A DNA stretch of 64,000 nucleotides from positions 335,814 to 399,813 of the forward strand of contig JBBDXB010000006.1 in assembly GCA_040902515.1 (NCBI GenBank), in the 5' to 3' direction. Shown one piece after another: positions 16,314 to 25,061 of this stretch. The position numbers and the translations under genes are program-made. The number at the start of each line of letters is the position of its first letter. Positions within the stretch are counted from its first letter, which is position 1. Under the pieces are notes generated by a model that was not told the DNA's origin, searched no databases, and was given only the letters and a program-made list of their open reading frames with translations. Origin of the DNA: Patescibacteria group bacterium (lineage in GTDB: Bacteria > Patescibacteriota > SICC01).

Positions 16314-19004
16314 TCAGCCCTGCCGGGATTCGAGTTTCGCGAGCGCGGCTTCGGCTTCACGGAGCTTCGCTTCGGTCTCGGTGACGATGTGCTTCGGTGC
16401 GTTCTCGACATAATCCTTGTTGGCGAGCCGCCCCTTGAGCCGCTCAATGTCCATCTTCGCCCGCTCCATCTCGGCCTGCAATCGCTGGGCCGCCGTTTCG
16501 GAGGTGAGTCCGGCTAGTGGCACGACCACCGTCACGTCGCCGACCACGGCCGTCGCCGCCTCTTCTTTCGGCGGATGCTGTCCCACGCGGAGCATGCTGA
16601 GCCGGGCCAGCTTGTTGATCGCGTCCCCGGCCTCGGCCAGCCAGGCCGACCCGTCCGCTACCAGGTACGCCTGCACGAAGGACTTGGCGGGGGTGCGGTG
16701 CTCCGCCCGGATCCGGCGGATCGTCTCGATCACCTCACGGATCCTGTCGAACCGGTCGGCGTCCTCCGGCTGGTCGAGGTCCTCGTGCACGACGGGCCAG
16801 GGACTGGTGATCAGCGGTTCCCGCTTCCTCAGCCCGTCCTGCCAGACCGCCTCGGTGACGAACGGCACGAACGGGTGGAGCAGTCCGAGGACGGTCTCCA
16901 GCGCGTATTTGAGGATGATCGCGGTATTCTGCGCGGTCTCGGGATTACGCAGTTGCACCTTGGCTATCTCCAGGTACCAGTCCGCGAAGTCGGACCAGAC
17001 GAATTCATACAGTGCGTTGCCGGCGAAGCCGAGGTCGTAGGGCTTCGCGAGCTGCCGCGGCCGCGATTCCGTCGGGACGTCCCCCGGTTTGTCATACGCG
17101 GCCGGGTCGTGGAACGCTGCCTCCACCGTTTGTGCCGTCCGGTAGAGCTTATGCAGGATCCCCCGGTCGAAGGTGGTCAGCGTCTCGGCCCGGAGCAACT
17201 TCAAGTCCGCCTCACCCTCGACGGTACCGGTGATGAACCGGCTGATGTTCCAGAGCTTGTTCGCGAAGTTCCGCGACTTCACCAGACGGTCTTCGTCGAA
17301 CTTAAGGTCGCCGCCCGGCGAGGTCGAGGTAGCGAGCATCCAACGGAGCGCGTCAGTGCCATACTTGCCGATCATCTCCAGCGGGTCCACGCCGTTCCCG
17401 AGCGACTTCGAGAACTTCCGACCGCGGGCATCGCGGACCAGGCCGTGCAGATAGGCGGTGTGGAACGGCGGCTTCAGCTGGCCGGTCTTCTCGTCCTTCA
17501 CGTCGAGCGCCGCGGTCATCAGCACCATCCGCGTGATCCAGAAGAAGATGATGTCATAGCCGGTCTCCAGCACGTCGTTGGGGAAGAAGCGCTTGAAGTC
17601 GGCGATCTGCTTCGGCCACCCCATCGTCGAGAAGGGCCAGAGCGCGGAGCTGAACCAGGTATCGAGCGTATCCTCGCTCGGCTTGTAGCCGGCTTTCTTG
17701 GTGAGCGATACGTCGCCTTTGTCATTGACGAACGCCGGCACCGGATGCCCGAACCAGATCTGCCGCGAGATGCACCAGTCGTGCAGGTTCTCCAGCCACT
17801 GGCGGTACGTCTTCCCGAACCGCTCCGGCACGAACTTCAGGTCGCCGTCCTCGGCGAACCGGATCGCTTGTTCCTTGATGTCGGACACCTTCACGAACCA
17901 CTGGTCCGAGATGCGGGGCTCGATCACGTCGTCCGATCGGTAGCAGCGGCCGACCGAATGCTTCATCAGCTCTTCCTTCTTGAGTAACTTCTTGCGCTTG
18001 AGCCATGCCACGAGCTTCTTGCGGGCCTCGAACCGGTCCAGTCCGGCCAGCGCCTTCCCGGCGGCGGCCGTCATCGTGCCGTCCTCGCCGATCACTTCGG
18101 GTGCATCGAGTTTGTGACGCCCTCCGATCGCGTAGTCGGTCCGGTCGTGGAAGGGCGTGACCTTCACCGCGCCGGTCCCGTACTCGGGGTCCACCGCGTC
18201 GTCCGCGACCACCTTGATCTTCCGGACACCGCTGATCATCGGTACCTCGACAGTCTTTCCGACGAATTCCTTGTACCGCTTGTCCTTCGGGTGCACCGCC
18301 ACCGCCGTGTCACCGACCATCGTCTCCGGCCGGGTGGTGGCCACGGTGAAGGGGCCGTACGCGAGGTGGTAAAGCACGCCTTCCTGCTCCTGATGCTCGA
18401 CCTCGTCGTCGGCAAGCACCGTCCGGCAGACCGGGCACCAGTTCACCATGTAGCTGCCGCGGTAGATCAGCCCTTTCTTGTAGAGCCGCCTGAACGCTTC
18501 CTGCACCGCACCGCGCCGCGGCTCGTCCATCGTGAAGGCGTTCCGGCTCCAATCGCAGGACGTCCCCATCGCCCGGACCTGCTCTTCGATCGTCCGCTTG
18601 TTCTCGAGAGCATACCGCATGGTCCGTTCCTCGAACTTCTTACGGCCGAGGTCGTGGCGGCCCTTTCCCTCCTTGGCGAGCTGCTTGTCCACCATGCTGG
18701 CGGTTGCGATCGCGGCGTGGTCGGTACCCGGGAGATACAGTGTGTCGAAGCCCCGCTTCCGGTGGTAGCGGATCAGCGCGTCTTCCAGCGCCAGCATCAC
18801 GGCGTGGCCGCAGTGCAGCCGATCGGTGACGTTCGGCGGCGGCATGATGATCGTGTACGGTCGCCGGTCCTTGTCAGCCCGCTTCCGGCCGTCCGATGCC
18901 GGCTTGAACGCACCCGACTTTTCCCACGCCGCATAGATCCGGTCTTCATACGCGGTCGGATCATAGGCTTTGGGGAGCTCCTTCGGCTGTTGCGGTTTCG
19001 GCAT
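16314..19004 (-). CDS. valS: Valine--tRNA ligase
   Basis: PPPNVT..LHCGH, WCISRQIWFGH, DTWFSS, KFSKSLGN, C-terminal coiled coil. Confidence 0.98.
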   Translation of the reverse strand: MPKPQQPKELPKAYDPTAYEDRIYAAWEKSGAFKPASDGRKRADKDRRPYTIIMPPPNVTDRLHCGHAVMLALEDALIRYHRKRGFDTLYLPGTDHAAIATASMVDKQLAKEGKGRHDLGRKKFEERTMRYALENKRTIEEQVRAMGTSCDWSRNAFTMDEPRRGAVQEAFRRLYKKGLIYRGSYMVNWCPVCRTVLADDEVEHQEQEGVLYHLAYGPFTVATTRPETMVGDTAVAVHPKDKRYKEFVGKTVEVPMISGVRKIKVVADDAVDPEYGTGAVKVTPFHDRTDYAIGGRHKLDAPEVIGEDGTMTAAAGKALAGLDRFEARKKLVAWLKRKKLLKKEELMKHSVGRCYRSDDVIEPRISDQWFVKVSDIKEQAIRFAEDGDLKFVPERFGKTYRQWLENLHDWCISRQIWFGHPVPAFVNDKGDVSLTKKAGYKPSEDTLDTWFSSALWPFSTMGWPKQIADFKRFFPNDVLETGYDIIFFWITRMVLMTAALDVKDEKTGQLKPPFHTAYLHGLVRDARGRKFSKSLGNGVDPLEMIGKYGTDALRWMLATSTSPGGDLKFDEDRLVKSRNFANKLWNISRFITGTVEGEADLKLLRAETLTTFDRGILHKLYRTAQTVEAAFHDPAAYDKPGDVPTESRPRQLAKPYDLGFAGNALYEFVWSDFADWYLEIAKVQLRNPETAQNTAIILKYALETVLGLLHPFVPFVTEAVWQDGLRKREPLITSPWPVVHEDLDQPEDADRFDRIREVIETIRRIRAEHRTPAKSFVQAYLVADGSAWLAEAGDAINKLARLSMLRVGQHPPKEEAATAVVGDVTVVVPLAGLTSETAAQRLQAEMERAKMDIERLKGRLANKDYVENAPKHIVTETEAKLREAEAALAKLESRQG

Positions 19005-19052
19005 ACGCCCTCATCTTAGCGGCGCGGGTGCCGCCCCGGCTATGATGGACGG

Positions 19053-21074
19053 GTGATGAGGCGAATCAAGCAATTCGGTTATGAGCGGCTCGCCGCGTAC
19101 GCGGTGTTGGCGGCGGTCGGACTGATGATGCTCTGGGCGGTGTGGCCGTCATTGGGGGGCAGCGGCTACCTGGCTGCCTGGGACGCCGGCGGGCATTTGC
19201 TCAAGGCGGAGTACTTCGCCACGGAGCTGCTCCCGAGCCTGCGGCTCGACGGCTGGTTCCCGACCTGGCATGGCGGTTTCGACCTGTTCCAGTACTACCC
19301 GCCGCTGCTCTACTACCTCCTCGGTCCGCTGACGTACGTGTTCGCGCCGGAACTCGCGCTCCGGGTCTTCACCGCGGTGCTCTGGGTCGGCCTGTTGCCG
19401 GTGACGTACTACCTGCTCCGGAGTTTCGACCTCGGCCGGCTGCCGGCCGCCCTCGGGTCTGGCCTGCTGCTTTCGCTGAACGCGTCGTTCGGCGTGGGGC
19501 TCGGCGCGTTGTATGGCGTGGGGCTGCTTCCGAACGGCCTCGGCTTCATCCTCGCGATCTGGGCGCTCGGCCGGCTCAAGCGCGATCTCTTCGACCTGCG
19601 GCCGGCGTCGAAGGTCATCGTCACCGGCGTGGTGGTGGGACTGCTGCTGCTGGCGCACACGTTCTCCGCCTACTGGTTCGGTGCCGCGTCGATACTGCTC
19701 GGTGTCGCCGCGGCCTGGGGTCGCCCGCCCGGTCCGGTGGTCCGTCGTCTCGCCGTAGTGTTCGGGATCGGCCTGGCACTCTCCGCCTACTGGTGGCTGC
19801 CGCTGGCTGGCAGCTTCTCTGCCATGGGGGAAACGGGGGCGATCCAGGGACAGTCTCCCGGGGCGGCCCTGAAGGGGCTGCTATTGGCGGAGGATTCCGG
19901 TGGCTGGGTAATCAGCCTGCTGGCGGTCATCGGACTCGTCTACCTTTGGTTCCGCGGCCACTATCGCGAGTTGGGATTCTTCCTGGCGATCGGCGCGCTG
20001 ACCCTGCTGCTTTCGATCAACGCGATCAACGCGATCCTACCGTTCGGTGACGTGATCGGTTCCAGCCAGTTCATCCGGTTCCATGCGTTCTTCGCCCTGC
20101 TGCTCACGGTATGGGCGGCGCTTGGGCTGGCCGGGCTCTGGCATGTCGTCGGGCGATTGCCCCGGCATCGCCAAGCGCCGGGTACGGCCGCGTTCGCCCT
20201 GGCGCTGGGATTGATCATGGCCTTCGTGGTCCTGCCCACGCTCTCCCAGAAACGACTGTTCATCCGGGTGGTCGAGAATGGACCGACCGCCGAGCTGCAG
20301 ACGCTTGCCGCTGAACTGGAACCCCGGCTCCGCCCCGGCGACTTCGTCCTGTCCGAATTCAATTGGGAATCCCGTTTCCTGCTCGGCTCGCCGCACTTCG
20401 TGAACCAGCGGCTTCCGTGGGAAGTGCCAGGGCTCTGGGATCTCGACGGCAATTTCCCGGAAGGCACGCGCGGTTCCGCGCGGCCGGTCCTGATCGCGTC
20501 GGCGATGGGAAGCGAGGGATTCCTGGCGTCGCAGCGGGATTATCTCGAGGGGCGCGGGGTGCGCTTCATCATCAGCACGCATCCGTCCACCCGGGTCGTG
20601 CTCGACGCCCAATCCTGGCTCCGGGAAACGTGGAGCGGCACGGTCCTGTCGCTCTATGAAGTAACGGGATTCGACCGACCGTTCGGACTTCCCCGGGGTG
20701 TCGGTGCCCGGCTCCAGGATGTCTCTTTTGAAGACGGCCGATACCGGCTGGCGTTCGACCGGCCGGTGACGCTGCCGGCCGGGACCGCCTTCGCCGTAAG
20801 CCACCACCCGTGGCTGCGGGCGGAGGTGGACGGGGAGCGGGTCCGCACGGCGAGCCGTAACGGCCAACTTGTCCTGGCGGAATCCGCCAGGACCGGCTCG
20901 CTCACGATCCGCTACGCGCCGCCGGTAAGGGCCTGGGTCGCCCGGGCGGTCTCGCTGGCCGGCGTGGCCGCGGTGGCGCTCCTCGCCGCACGGCACCGGG
21001 GTGTCACGGCGTGGCTGGGGTCGCGAGCGCGAGGCCGGGGTCGGCGGAAACGCGCAGCCGCGCCGCGTCGGTAA
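19053..21074 (+). CDS. Polytopic membrane protein, PTPS-related/GT-C glycosyltransferase-like
   Basis: WDAGGH...WFPTWHGGFDLFQYYPPL N-terminal motif, many TMs, YfhO-like C-terminus (HPWLRAEVDG). Confidence 0.75.
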   Translation: MMRRIKQFGYERLAAYAVLAAVGLMMLWAVWPSLGGSGYLAAWDAGGHLLKAEYFATELLPSLRLDGWFPTWHGGFDLFQYYPPLLYYLLGPLTYVFAPELALRVFTAVLWVGLLPVTYYLLRSFDLGRLPAALGSGLLLSLNASFGVGLGALYGVGLLPNGLGFILAIWALGRLKRDLFDLRPASKVIVTGVVVGLLLLAHTFSAYWFGAASILLGVAAAWGRPPGPVVRRLAVVFGIGLALSAYWWLPLAGSFSAMGETGAIQGQSPGAALKGLLLAEDSGGWVISLLAVIGLVYLWFRGHYRELGFFLAIGALTLLLSINAINAILPFGDVIGSSQFIRFHAFFALLLTVWAALGLAGLWHVVGRLPRHRQAPGTAAFALALGLIMAFVVLPTLSQKRLFIRVVENGPTAELQTLAAELEPRLRPGDFVLSEFNWESRFLLGSPHFVNQRLPWEVPGLWDLDGNFPEGTRGSARPVLIASAMGSEGFLASQRDYLEGRGVRFIISTHPSTRVVLDAQSWLRETWSGTVLSLYEVTGFDRPFGLPRGVGARLQDVSFEDGRYRLAFDRPVTLPAGTAFAVSHHPWLRAEVDGERVRTASRNGQLVLAESARTGSLTIRYAPPVRAWVARAVSLAGVAAVALLAARHRGVTAWLGSRARGRGRRKRAAAPRR

Positions 21075-22014
21075 GGGCCTCGTCCCGTTGCCAGTAGGCG
21101 GCCAGGCCGATCATCGCGGCATTGTCGGTGGCGAGCTCCGGTGGTGTCAGGAGGAGCGGGACGGGAAGCCGCCTTTCCAGCGTTTCGCGCAGCAGGCGGT
21201 TGGCGGCCACCCCGCCGCCGAGCAGCACCACATTCGGCTGGTGGCGCCGGACGGCCCGAACCGCCTTTTCGACGAGCGTGTCGACGACCGCCGCTTCGAA
21301 CGAGGCGGCGACGTCATTGACCAGCGCCGTGGTAATCTGCCGATCTCCCACGGCCTGGCGCACGGCAGTCTTGAGGCCGGAGAACGAAACGTCGAGATTG
21401 TCCTGGTTCAGCATGGGCCGGGGGAAGTCGAACGCCGAAGGGTCGCCCTGGACGGCCCGTTTGGAAATTTCCGGGCCGCCCGGATACGGCAGCCCGAGCA
21501 GCCGGGCCACCTTGTCGAACGCCTCGCCGCTGGCGTCGTCACGGGTGGAACCGACCAGCGCGAAGTCACCGTACCCGTACATCAGTACGAATTCGGTATG
21601 ACCACCGGAGGCGACGAGCCCGAGATACGGGAACCGGAATACCGACTCGTCGGCAAGGCAGGCATACAGGTGACCCGCCAGGTGGTTCACTGGTATGAGC
21701 GGTTTGTCTTTGGCCAGTGCCAGTGCCTTTGCCGTTTCCACGCCGACTATCAGGGGGCCGATCAATCCGGGACCGCGCGTAACCGCGATTGCATCGATGT
21801 CCGGCCACTCCATCTTCGCGTCGTCCATTGCCTTTTCGAGTACCGGAATGATCGTTTCCGTCTGGGCTCGTGCGGCGACCTCCGGAACGATGCCGCCGGT
21901 CACGCGGTGCTTCGCGATCTGCGAACTCAAGACGCCCGACCGTACTTCACGGCCGTCAGTGACCACCGCGGCGGCGGTCTCGTCACAAGATGATTCGATG
22001 GCGAGGATGTTCAC
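21004..22014 (-). CDS. tsaD: tRNA N6-adenosine threonylcarbamoyltransferase
   Basis: ILAIESSCDET, GPGL, NHLAGH, SGGHT, GEAFDKVAR, FSGLKT, TDNAAMI. Confidence 0.97.
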   Translation of the reverse strand: MNILAIESSCDETAAAVVTDGREVRSGVLSSQIAKHRVTGGIVPEVAARAQTETIIPVLEKAMDDAKMEWPDIDAIAVTRGPGLIGPLIVGVETAKALALAKDKPLIPVNHLAGHLYACLADESVFRFPYLGLVASGGHTEFVLMYGYGDFALVGSTRDDASGEAFDKVARLLGLPYPGGPEISKRAVQGDPSAFDFPRPMLNQDNLDVSFSGLKTAVRQAVGDRQITTALVNDVAASFEAAVVDTLVEKAVRAVRRHQPNVVLLGGGVAANRLLRETLERRLPVPLLLTPPELATDNAAMIGLAAYWQRDEALTDAARLRVSADPGLALATPATP

Positions 22015-22064
22015 GTTCCCAGTCTACTGTAGGCCGGGGCGCGTACACGGTAAGCTGTAGCGGT

Positions 22065-23114
22065 ATGCAGGTGGAAGACCTCAGTAATGCCAGGGGGGCA
22101 TGGAACAAGTTCGCACGCGCGAACCGCGGTGGCGTGCTCCAGAGTTACGAGTGGGGCGCGTTCCGAGGGGAGCTGGAGTGGGAGGCGCGATATCTAGGCG
22201 TCCGTGACGGCGACACGCTCCGGGTTCAGGCACTGGTCCTGAAGAAGGGACTCCCGGGTGGGTACGCCTTCTACTATTGCCCGGAAGGACCGGTCGTGCG
22301 GGGCGGCGACTGGCACGACGCCAGGAACCGGGAGGCGGTCGAGGTGCTGGTCCGGTATCTCGACGATCTGGCAAGCGAAGAGCGCGTCGTGTTCCTGAAG
22401 ATCGACCCCCACTTCGCTGCGGAACAGTTCCCGGTGGATTGGCTCGGTGAGGCCGGCTTCCGTGACAGTCCGGAGGATATCCAGGCCGCGATCGTCAGCG
22501 AAGTGGACCTTACCCCGAAGCCCGAGGACATCTTCGCGGGCTTCAAGCAGAAAGGTCGCTACAACGTCCGCAAGGCCGTGAAGCACGGCGTGAAGGTCCG
22601 GAAGAGCACCGCGGCGAAGGATCTCGACGTCTTTTACGCCTTGCTCGAGGATACGGCGAAGCGCCAGGGCATCACCTACCGGAAGAAGTGGTACTACGAA
22701 CAGTTCCGGAAGCACCTGATGCAGGAACACGACGACGCCTGTTTCTTCATCGCATCGCACGGCGGAGAGCCGGTAGCGGCAACGCTCTGTACGTTCTTCG
22801 GCGAGGAGGCTATTTACCTTTACGGCGGCTCGACCCAGTCGGACCGTAACCTCTATGCGAGCTACCTCTGCCAGTGGGCGGGCATGGAGGAAGCGAAGCG
22901 CCGCGGCTGCAGCTTCTACAACCTCACGGGAATCGCGGCGACCGACGATCCGAACGACGCCTGGGCCGGTCTGCGCCAGTTCAAGCTGAAGTTCGGCGGC
23001 GGCCAGACCGACCTGGTCGGGGCCCGCGACTGTGTCTACCGGCCGATCGAGTACTTCCTGTTCACGAACGCCGACCGAGTACGGCGGAAACTCGCCAAGC
23101 GGTCGGGGCGGTAG
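22065..23114 (+). CDS. FemABX-family peptidoglycan bridge aminoacyltransferase
   Basis: LQSYEWG, FKQKGRYNVRKA, YLYGGS, GLRQFKLKFGG; adjacent to murE. Confidence 0.9.
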   Translation: MQVEDLSNARGAWNKFARANRGGVLQSYEWGAFRGELEWEARYLGVRDGDTLRVQALVLKKGLPGGYAFYYCPEGPVVRGGDWHDARNREAVEVLVRYLDDLASEERVVFLKIDPHFAAEQFPVDWLGEAGFRDSPEDIQAAIVSEVDLTPKPEDIFAGFKQKGRYNVRKAVKHGVKVRKSTAAKDLDVFYALLEDTAKRQGITYRKKWYYEQFRKHLMQEHDDACFFIASHGGEPVAATLCTFFGEEAIYLYGGSTQSDRNLYASYLCQWAGMEEAKRRGCSFYNLTGIAATDDPNDAWAGLRQFKLKFGGGQTDLVGARDCVYRPIEYFLFTNADRVRRKLAKRSGR

Positions 23115-23130
23115 GCGTTAGACTGGAAGC

Positions 23131-24456
23131 ATGGAACGTCTCCTCGCACCGGTCCGGCGGCTGATTCCTGACCCGCTCCTGAACGCGATCCGGGTGCCGT
23201 ACCACTTCGGTTGGGCGCTGCTGGGAAACCTGATTTACGGGTTTCCGGCCCGGAGGCTCACGGTGATCGGCGTCACGGGTACCAAGGGGAAGTCGACGAC
23301 CTCCTACCTGACCGCCAAGATCCTGGAAGCGGGCGGCCATCGGGTCGGCCTGATTTCCGGCGTGATGCTGAAGGTCGGCCCCGAAGAGTGGCAGAATCCC
23401 ACCAGTCTGACGACGCTTGGCCGGCTCTCCAATCCGCGTCTGCTCCGGCGGATAGTGAAAGCGGGTTGCACGCACGTGGTGATCGAGGTGACCTCGCATG
23501 CCCTGAACCAGTTCCGGGTGTGGGGCATCCCGTTCAAGACGGCGGTGCTCACGAACTTCAGCAAGGATCACATGGACCTGCACGGATCGATGGAAAACTA
23601 CCGCGCCGCGAAGGGAAAGCTGTTCAAGAAGCTGCGTCACGTCGAGCAGAGTACGGCGGTGGTCAACGGCGACGATCCGGCGGCAGCCTACTTCCTCGAG
23701 TTTTTCGCGGATACCAAGTATGTCTACGGCACCACGCAGCAGGCTCGGAACATCCTGCCCTTGGCCCGAAGGGTGATTGCCAAGGACATCAAGCTCACGT
23801 CGGACGGCAGCACCTTCACCGCCAGGAATGACGAGACGGTGCCGGTCACGCTAGGCCTACCGGGGGCGTTCAACGTGTCCAACGCCCTCGCGGCGATCTC
23901 GGTCGGCCTGGCCCATGGCGTGAAACCGAGGCAGATTGCCGACGGAATCGGAGCCATGCGGACCGTACCTGGCCGGATGGAGCGGGTCGAGGCCGGCCAG
24001 CCCTTCACGGTGATCATCGACTTCGCCCATACGCCGAAGTCCTATGAGACGGTCCTCAAGACCTTGCGCGAGATCACCAAGGGGCGGCTGATCTCGGTGC
24101 TCGGCGCATACGGCGACCGCGACTCGAGCATGTTTCCGAAGATCGGGAAGCTGGCCGCGGAGTACTCCGACCGGCTCGTCGTGACAGAGGACGATCCCGG
24201 TACCGAGGACCCTGAAAAGCTCACGGAACTGCTGTTGAAGGGGGTCGCGCGGGGCGGCATGACTACGGATGACTACGAGATCGAGATGGACCGTCGTAAG
24301 GCAATCAGCCGGGCCCTGCGCCAGGCCAAGCGAGGTGATACCGTCGCATTGCTTGGCAAGGGCGCGCAGCTGGTGATGCGGTACGGCAGCGGCAACCGGC
24401 CGTGGGACGAGCGGAACGTCGCGGCCGAGGAGTGGCAGAAGCTCGCCAAACGGTAA
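23131..24456 (+). CDS. murE: UDP-MurNAc-tripeptide synthetase
   Basis: GVTGTKGKSTT, EVTSH, DHMDLHGSMENY..AK, VPGRME, IDFAHTP. Confidence 0.92.
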   Translation: MERLLAPVRRLIPDPLLNAIRVPYHFGWALLGNLIYGFPARRLTVIGVTGTKGKSTTSYLTAKILEAGGHRVGLISGVMLKVGPEEWQNPTSLTTLGRLSNPRLLRRIVKAGCTHVVIEVTSHALNQFRVWGIPFKTAVLTNFSKDHMDLHGSMENYRAAKGKLFKKLRHVEQSTAVVNGDDPAAAYFLEFFADTKYVYGTTQQARNILPLARRVIAKDIKLTSDGSTFTARNDETVPVTLGLPGAFNVSNALAAISVGLAHGVKPRQIADGIGAMRTVPGRMERVEAGQPFTVIIDFAHTPKSYETVLKTLREITKGRLISVLGAYGDRDSSMFPKIGKLAAEYSDRLVVTEDDPGTEDPEKLTELLLKGVARGGMTTDDYEIEMDRRKAISRALRQAKRGDTVALLGKGAQLVMRYGSGNRPWDERNVAAEEWQKLAKR

Positions 24457-24495
24457 GCTTGGCAGCCCCGGTACCGGAGAGTAAACTCGAATCAA

Positions 24496-25026
24496 ATGAA
24501 TATACACGGGCCTGATTCAGCCCCCGAACACGACGGCAACCGACCCGCTCCTGGCGGGTCTTTTTTAAAGCCGAAAGGAGATACCGGATTCATGACCCCG
24601 GCGGAAGCGGCGACGTACGACACCTGGCGGGGAATCGTGCAGGGAGGCGAAGGAGCTCCTGCGCGCTGCTACAGCGGTTTCGGACAGCGCCGGGGCCGGT
24701 TCGAACGGTACGCCCTGGTGCCTCGCGCCGCTCGTTGCCAATCGGGTCAGGAAATCATCACGGCAATGGCAGACCGGCTGACGCCGGGCGGCCGGGTCGT
24801 CGTCATCGACGGGCACGACTCCGTCGAAGTCGAGGCTGAGGCATTCGCTACCGCCCTGCCGCCGGAGCGGCTGCACTCGATCCTTGAGTCCGCCGACTCG
24901 GCGCATCGCGAGGAAGATCAGACCGGCAGGCTAATCACCGAAGTCCTGCGGGCGGTCGAGGAAACACGCACCGATCAGGAACTCGCCGCGGTGCGGCGGG
25001 AACTCGAGACTTCGCTCGTCGCGTAA
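24496..25026 (+). CDS. Hypothetical protein
   Basis: 176-aa ORF after a TAAACT box, filling the gap between murE and polA. Confidence 0.6.
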   Translation: MNIHGPDSAPEHDGNRPAPGGSFLKPKGDTGFMTPAEAATYDTWRGIVQGGEGAPARCYSGFGQRRGRFERYALVPRAARCQSGQEIITAMADRLTPGGRVVVIDGHDSVEVEAEAFATALPPERLHSILESADSAHREEDQTGRLITEVLRAVEETRTDQELAAVRRELETSLVA

Positions 25027-25061
25027 TCGACAGGGGTGGTCGGGCGTAGAACAATGGGAGC

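Noticed and set aside
16253-16447. Extended N-terminus of the TPR ORF overlapping valS
   Set aside because: Mostly an alternative-frame read of the valS end; the hydrophobic anchor suggests a start near 16252-16264
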